A stretch of DNA of 50,445 nucleotides from a virus. Taxonomy: Duplodnaviria; Caudoviricetes. Below the pieces are notes generated by a model, which made no database searches, had not been told where the DNA came from, and was given only the letters and a program-made list of their open reading frames with translations. Below, piece by piece: positions 45,155-50,445 of the stretch; positions within the stretch are counted from its first letter, which is position 1; every line of letters starts with the position of its first letter. Made by a program: the position numbers and the translations under genes. The stretch spans positions 1-50,445 of IMG/VR virus record IMGVR_UViG_3300036858_000014; one strand, given 5' to 3'.

Positions 45155-47715
45155 TAACCAATCCCCCTTACAGCGCGACTAATCGCATTTGCGGCGCTCA
45201 TGCCTTGCGCCCCGTTACTAATGTTTTGCATGATGTTGAGCATATAGTTGTTCGTTGTCATTGGGCTAGGGCTTGCACCCCCTCCCATCATTGTATCTGG
45301 TAATGGGGCGGTTGCGCCACTCCCCCCGAACGCGGTAGTCGTTCCCGCCGCGCCTGTGTTGATTGCAGCGAACGCCCCGGTTGCTTGCCCTTGAAACGTG
45401 GTGCTTGCTAGCCCTGCATTTGTAAACGCGGTTTCGAGGGTTTCAAGCCATGTAATGACAAACGGGAAATTTTCATCAGCACTAGTTTTGACGAGGGAGA
45501 AATCATCAACGATGGTATTGCCGCTTACGACGGTTGTAATCGTGTCGCCTAGTCCTTCCATCGCATCGCCCGCGCTTTGTGCATTCAAGGATATACTGCT
45601 ATCCATGATATTCGCGCCCTGCTGCATTTGGGTAATCGCGGTAATGAAATCCTGATTACTCGCCATTGCTGCTAAAGCGGCGGCGCTTGCCGCGTCTTGC
45701 GCGTCAACGGTTGCGCCTGCAATAGCGCTTGACGCATCCGCTATTTGCTGTGCTGTAACCAGTTGGGTCGATAGATCATCACCCGCTGCGCTGGCTTGGG
45801 CGCTGCCTGCTACCGTACCGCCTATCGCGGTCGATAGATCATCCTCAGCAGCACGAGACACACTGGCAGCGGCAAGCGTTACAGCGGTATCGATTTGCTG
45901 TTGTAAGGCTTCGGTGTTAATCCCCAACTCAACAGGGACTTCAACCTGTGCTGCTAGCGCAGGATTGATTGCAGTAGCAACACCGCCCAAGAATCCCAAA
46001 CTGTCAGCACCGCTTACGGTTGTTGTCGCTTGCCCTGCCCCGCTAACGATGTTCTGTGCTTGTGCTGTGTTACCCGCGTCAATAGCGCTGTTAACGGCAG
46101 TACTTGCAATTTGTCCAATGGTTTCAGGGTCAACACCCCGCGCCATTGCTTGGCTAATCAGGTCGGTTACTTCGTCAGCGTTGGCAACCTGCAAATCAAA
46201 CTCAAGCTGCTGCGCTCCTAGTCGCGCGATTTCTGCACGGGTAGAGGTTGCATCTTTGCCAAGTAATTCCTGTAAGCCCGCAATGACTTCTAGAAATTGA
46301 ATGATAAAATTACCAAATACACCTTCCAGCTTCGTGAACTCATCATCAAAACCAAGCGGTTCAAGTCCTATTTTAATGGCTTCACTTAACGTAGACCCGG
46401 CCTGAATTTCGTCAACGGTTGTTTGTACGGCAGTTTTAATCGCTTCCAGTTTGCCATCCAAATCAATCGCATCTGATGACAGCAGATTACCCGCTTCAAC
46501 GTTAATGGTATTGAATAGTTCGGTAAACGCTACGCCTAAGTTATCGTTTAGAAACGTGGAGATTTCAGCTGCACGGCCTTCAATCTGGTCAAATGTAATA
46601 GCCGTTGGGTCAAGCCCAAACACACTACCCATGAAATCTTCGGTTTGTGTACCGAAGATATTCGCTAATGCGGCCTGCTGTTCGCCCGCTTGGGTCTGGT
46701 CATTCATCCCCTGAATAGCGCTAATGACGCCATTAAAGAACTCAACGCCCGTCAGTTCACCCGCTTGGAATGCCGCCGCCTCATCTGCTAACCCTAAGTT
46801 AGCAAGACTCTCTTGCGCGGCGGTTTCTTCAGGGTTGCTAACACGGATTTGGAACTCACGGAATAGATCGGCTACCCTGTCGGTGTTATCAAAACCCGCT
46901 TCTAGACCACTGTTGAATAGGCTTAAGACTTCATCAGCCGTTGCACCGAAGTTTGAAAATGTAGAACTGTATTCAATGAGCGAGTCTAGAAAATCGTCGC
47001 GTCTGTTTGCCCCGCCCACTACACCCGCCGCGATGATGTCACTGGCCTCAGTTGCATTTTCTGCCAACCCATTTAAGACCAGTGCGTTTTGTGCAACGGC
47101 GATTTGGGCAAGGTCGGCATCTTGACCCATTGCTGTGAACGCATCCCGCGCGGCTAACGCACCATAAGCTGCATTGTTCAGTTCATCGGCTTCAACACCA
47201 ATAGACTTGAGTTGATTGATGAATACCGCCGCTTCCTCAGTGCTCTCAAAGAATGCGTCAGTAAACAACTGCTGTGCAAGTGCTAAATCTTCAGGGTTAA
47301 ACTCACCCGTTGGGATACTCAGTAACCCCTCGGCGCGTTGGTTGCCTAACACCTGTCCTACACCGGGAAGGTTAGCCAGTGTGTCAATGATACCCGTTAG
47401 ATTCGCAGGAACGTTTAGCGCAAGATTAATAACCGATAGATTGCGAATTTGTTCAAGTAAATCCTGTACCTCTTGCACTTCGGTATCATCAGCGTTGACC
47501 TTAACCTCAGGCGTTTCGCTGCCTAAGTCGTCAATGGCACGCGCGGCGCTGGCAATTTCGCCATTGTCAACGTTAACCTTAACGTCAACCGTACCGCCTA
47601 AATCGTCAAGCGCCTTGTCCATCCGGTTTGCATCGGCAATCACCGAATCATAGGCGCTATCCCATTTGCTGGTATCTAAGACAACTTCCGCGCCCGCTTG
47701 TGGTAATTTCGCCAT
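45154..47715 (-). CDS. Tape measure protein
   Basis: 853 aa, Ala-rich and helical; DDFLDSLIEYS..F...G...GFDNTDRVAD.FREF.IR (PhageMin_Tail-like). Confidence 0.88.
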   Translation of the reverse strand: MAKLPQAGAEVVLDTSKWDSAYDSVIADANRMDKALDDLGGTVDVKVNVDNGEIASAARAIDDLGSETPEVKVNADDTEVQEVQDLLEQIRNLSVINLALNVPANLTGIIDTLANLPGVGQVLGNQRAEGLLSIPTGEFNPEDLALAQQLFTDAFFESTEEAAVFINQLKSIGVEADELNNAAYGALAARDAFTAMGQDADLAQIAVAQNALVLNGLAENATEASDIIAAGVVGGANRRDDFLDSLIEYSSTFSNFGATADEVLSLFNSGLEAGFDNTDRVADLFREFQIRVSNPEETAAQESLANLGLADEAAAFQAGELTGVEFFNGVISAIQGMNDQTQAGEQQAALANIFGTQTEDFMGSVFGLDPTAITFDQIEGRAAEISTFLNDNLGVAFTELFNTINVEAGNLLSSDAIDLDGKLEAIKTAVQTTVDEIQAGSTLSEAIKIGLEPLGFDDEFTKLEGVFGNFIIQFLEVIAGLQELLGKDATSTRAEIARLGAQQLEFDLQVANADEVTDLISQAMARGVDPETIGQIASTAVNSAIDAGNTAQAQNIVSGAGQATTTVSGADSLGFLGGVATAINPALAAQVEVPVELGINTEALQQQIDTAVTLAAASVSRAAEDDLSTAIGGTVAGSAQASAAGDDLSTQLVTAQQIADASSAIAGATVDAQDAASAAALAAMASNQDFITAITQMQQGANIMDSSISLNAQSAGDAMEGLGDTITTVVSGNTIVDDFSLVKTSADENFPFVITWLETLETAFTNAGLASTTFQGQATGAFAAINTGAAGTTTAFGGSGATAPLPDTMMGGGASPSPMTTNNYMLNIMQNISNGAQGMSAANAISRAVRGIG

Positions 47716-48041
47716 TATTTCCTGCGTCCGTTCCCTTGTTTAGCCCGTTTCTCGGCTTCTTTTTGGCGCTCATACGCGCGTACACCCGCCTGAAAGTTTT
47801 GCACCCAAATGTGCGCAGTCATCATGGCGCGGTCATCGCGCGGTAAGCGGTAGTAATCGCCCGGCGGAATACCCCATTCCTTAGCCGTTTGCATTTCGAT
47901 TGCGCCAAAATCGCTACTAAACTGGGCTTGCTTGGGTTTCGGGTGCTGGCTTGGGTGTCTTAACTCGCCCGTTAGATACTTGTCGAGGGGGCTTTTGTTC
48001 ATTTTGTAGTCGAAAAATGCGGATGCCATCCGCAATTTCAC
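47715..48041 (-). CDS. Tail assembly chaperone, frameshift extension (gpT-like)
   Basis: Overlaps the chaperone gene; WGIPPGDYYRLP motif. Confidence 0.65.
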   Translation of the reverse strand: MKLRMASAFFDYKMNKSPLDKYLTGELRHPSQHPKPKQAQFSSDFGAIEMQTAKEWGIPPGDYYRLPRDDRAMMTAHIWVQNFQAGVRAYERQKEAEKRAKQGNGRRK

Positions 48042-48525
48042 CCCCTGTCAGCGGGAGCAAGGTATGACCCGCCCGCACTACCGCCCCCACGTCTTGCACG
48101 GTGAGCAAAATAGCGTGTTTAAGTGTTGCCGCCCATTCGTTCGTAGGCATCGGAACAATGCCGCGCTTCATTTCGACTACACGCGCGTAAATCTTGACCA
48201 GATTGTCACGCCCCATCGGGCTATCAACGAATCCCGCAAAGAACATATCCGTTATGTACTCCGAAATGAGCGCTTCGTGCTCCGCTTTTGCAACCGCGAA
48301 AGCGTCGGTTTGTTCACCGCTGCCCTGCTGACCGGGAAATAGCGCCTCATCGTCAGCAATTGCGGTCGCAAAGTCTTGCGGATTCGGTTCTGGATACTGT
48401 TTTCTACCCGCCTTGCGTAGGTTTTGCTGGTCGGCTAGGGTCATTGGGTTGACCCATAACACCACGCCCGTTGACGTGGTGATTTCAGTAGCCCCCGGTA
48501 AAGGGGGCAATAACGTTTCGCTCAT
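47917..48525 (-). CDS. Tail assembly chaperone (gpG-like)
   Basis: Between tail tube and tape measure; AGAGGA RBS. Confidence 0.65.
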   Translation of the reverse strand: MSETLLPPLPGATEITTSTGVVLWVNPMTLADQQNLRKAGRKQYPEPNPQDFATAIADDEALFPGQQGSGEQTDAFAVAKAEHEALISEYITDMFFAGFVDSPMGRDNLVKIYARVVEMKRGIVPMPTNEWAATLKHAILLTVQDVGAVVRAGHTLLPLTGGEIADGIRIFRLQNEQKPPRQVSNGRVKTPKPAPETQASPV

Positions 48526-48543
48526 TGTGCTGTCCTCTTTCGA

Positions 48544-50133
48544 TTAGATACCCGGTTCAAGCTTCCCGATAAAGGCGTAAGTCTCGTGAACTTCGCCGCC
48601 CGTGAGTGCAAAGTTGATGTTCGGTGTTGGGGCGATACTGTTAATCCCAAAGTTACCGGGGCTGGTATATCCCCCGATGACTTCCCACTGCCCACCGCCG
48701 CCTGATACGTCGCGCAACACACGGCTGTTACCGTTGCTGTTGGTCTGTACCATCCATAACATCGTACCTTTATAGCCTGCAAATTTCAAATCTGCCACTG
48801 AACCACTGCCCGAATCGGCAAATGTCACCAGTTCAAATAGCGGCAAACTCCCGCTTAAACGGAAGTTGTCTTTCAACGTGCGGTAGACCAGCCCGGTCGC
48901 AGTGCCAATGTAGGCATCACCCGGTACGCCCGGACGCATCGCAACCACGTTGAAATTCGCAGTCACCGCCGCGCCACCGACCGCAGTCCGCACCGTGACA
49001 AGGGTTAGCGTTTGGGTTGCGCCGTTGTCACGAATGAGTACCGCCGCGCCACTTGCACCAACTGCCATCCCGGTTGTTTTATCGCTAAAGCTGATGCTGT
49101 TAAGGGTCTGAGTTGTCAGCCCGCCAGACGAAAGTGCCGTCCAAGACAACCCCGCGTCAGTCGATTTGTAGATATACCCGTTGGCAGCGCAAGCGTAAAC
49201 CGTCTGACTATCGGTTGCGAACAAGGCGCGCGGGTAATTCGGGGCTGTAAAGCCAGTGGTTGACAAGCTCCAAGGATTAACCGCCCCCGTCTGAATATCC
49301 TCAAATGCAGCGTAAGCTACACCTGCTGTCGGCAGTGCGACCAGCGCGGTTTCACGTCCGTTAAGGTTCACCCGTACCACGTCCAAAGCGTCAGCATTCG
49401 GCGCGGCGTTGATGTAGTTACCGCTTACGGTTGTTGTCCAATTTGTACCGCCGTCTTCAGTGAACAGAAAACGGGCGGTTGCAATCGATTGATAACCCGG
49501 TGTGCTGTCGCGGTCGGTCACTGCCCAAAAGCGCCGTGTGCCATCGCTTTCGCTCCCGAAACAATCGCCCACACATTTCACGCTGTCAACATTAATCACC
49601 TTATTGATAGCGAAGTCGGATACTGTACCGGATAAGTCAGCATGGCGCAGTTTCATCCATGTACTTAACGTGGGTGAAAAGGTTGTATCAAACGTCCGCA
49701 TGATGTCATCAACCGCACCGCCGCCCTCTGCAAACTTTGCAATGGGGTTATCGAACGCGGTACTAGTCACGTTGCCATCATCGTATTCAAGCCCAACGTT
49801 ATAGTTGAGGATGCTCAAATTACCACAGCGCTGTAAAACCACAAGGTCAAATGGACAGTTGCCAATGGCGTTTTGCAGATACATACGCGGTAAATCAGGG
49901 CGGATTGATATTGTTGTTGTAAACGGCGCGGGGTCGCCTGATTTGAACGCGCCTAAATAGACGGTATTTCCAAACGCGTCTAACCCAAAGCGCTGCTCAA
50001 CATCCGCCGCGCCGCCTGTTGGCCCGTCTACAGCTGCGCCGTCTTGGTCAAATACGCGCCACTTATTTCCCGGCCCACCGGGGCGAATGAAAGTAGCGGT
50101 AAACTCCCGTGCATTTTGAAATGGAACACTCAT
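48544..50133 (-). CDS. Major tail (tube) protein fused to an Asp-box beta-propeller
   Basis: Position before the chaperones; AGGAG RBS; TEDGGTNW, STDAGLSW, DVSGGGGQW boxes. Confidence 0.65.
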   Translation of the reverse strand: MSVPFQNAREFTATFIRPGGPGNKWRVFDQDGAAVDGPTGGAADVEQRFGLDAFGNTVYLGAFKSGDPAPFTTTISIRPDLPRMYLQNAIGNCPFDLVVLQRCGNLSILNYNVGLEYDDGNVTSTAFDNPIAKFAEGGGAVDDIMRTFDTTFSPTLSTWMKLRHADLSGTVSDFAINKVINVDSVKCVGDCFGSESDGTRRFWAVTDRDSTPGYQSIATARFLFTEDGGTNWTTTVSGNYINAAPNADALDVVRVNLNGRETALVALPTAGVAYAAFEDIQTGAVNPWSLSTTGFTAPNYPRALFATDSQTVYACAANGYIYKSTDAGLSWTALSSGGLTTQTLNSISFSDKTTGMAVGASGAAVLIRDNGATQTLTLVTVRTAVGGAAVTANFNVVAMRPGVPGDAYIGTATGLVYRTLKDNFRLSGSLPLFELVTFADSGSGSVADLKFAGYKGTMLWMVQTNSNGNSRVLRDVSGGGGQWEVIGGYTSPGNFGINSIAPTPNINFALTGGEVHETYAFIGKLEPGI

Positions 50134-50145
50134 GTTGCAATACTC

Positions 50146-50445
50146 CTAGCGGTTTGCTTTTGTATAACCACGTTCGATAGCCGCTTGCATTCGTTCATCT
50201 AGCGGCGGGTCTAACTCATCTAACAAGGTTTCTGAAAACTTGCGGGCTTCTGTACCGGGATGTTTCACAACTGTCTTTTGAACCCATGCCCCGCTTGCCG
50301 TTCCCGTCCCTACATTTGCCCGCGCAACGGGGGCAGTACGGGCGCTGTAACCTGTCTGGAATTTGAGCAGCGGTACGTTTTTAGCGGCGATGATATGCGG
50401 GCGCGTACCCTGATCGACATATGTCCAGATTTTTTTGTGTATCCC
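50146..50445 (-). CDS. 3' part of the origin-spanning HK97 gp10-like protein
   Basis: ...WVQKTVVKHPGTEARKF...GYTKANR*; HPGT motif. Confidence 0.75.
   Translation of the reverse strand, partial: GIHKKIWTYVDQGTRPHIIAAKNVPLLKFQTGYSARTAPVARANVGTGTASGAWVQKTVVKHPGTEARKFSETLLDELDPPLDERMQAAIERGYTKANR
50319..50445. repeat. Terminal direct repeat (copy of 1-127)
   Basis: Exact match. Confidence 0.95.

Noticed and set aside
45398-47846. Many plus-strand ORFs opposite the tape measure and other structural genes
   Set aside because: Antisense shadow ORFs with no RBS or recognisable motifs.
1-50445. Diversity-generating retroelement, introns, inteins, genetic code reassignment
   Set aside because: No reverse transcriptase or TR/VR pair seen, core genes are uninterrupted, and genes pack densely under the standard code.

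Overview
The window is an apparently complete, circularly assembled genome (~50,318 bp; bases 1-127 are repeated at 50319-50445) of a tailed, probably siphovirus-like dsDNA phage. Most genes are on the minus strand. Late genes run: fibre/adaptor module, terS, terL, portal-MuF fusion, protease/scaffold, major capsid, a ~9 kb cluster of five glycosyltransferase genes plus a methyltransferase, head-tail adaptor, neck, tail tube, chaperones, tape measure, tail tip, lysis. Early genes include an iteron-bearing initiator, a primase-helicase, a Rad52/Sak-like recombinase, VRR-NUC and ASCH. I see no integrase, but a ParM/ParR-like operon with periodic repeats suggests a phage-plasmid. The host is uncertain; Chloroflexota is a guess from gene style. 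Most notable: (1) the capsid-linked glycosylation cluster, in which two enzymes share a C-terminal module; (2) a Bro-N gene whose variable segment is coded by a DNA palindrome flanked by 29-bp direct repeats, followed by a mini-array of alternative palindromic 15-nt cassettes; (3) a tRNA-like RNA with an abnormal anticodon arm and several ORF-less promoter-terminator units; (4) a HiPIP-like domain on the head protease. All family calls come from motif recognition by eye, not from database searches.
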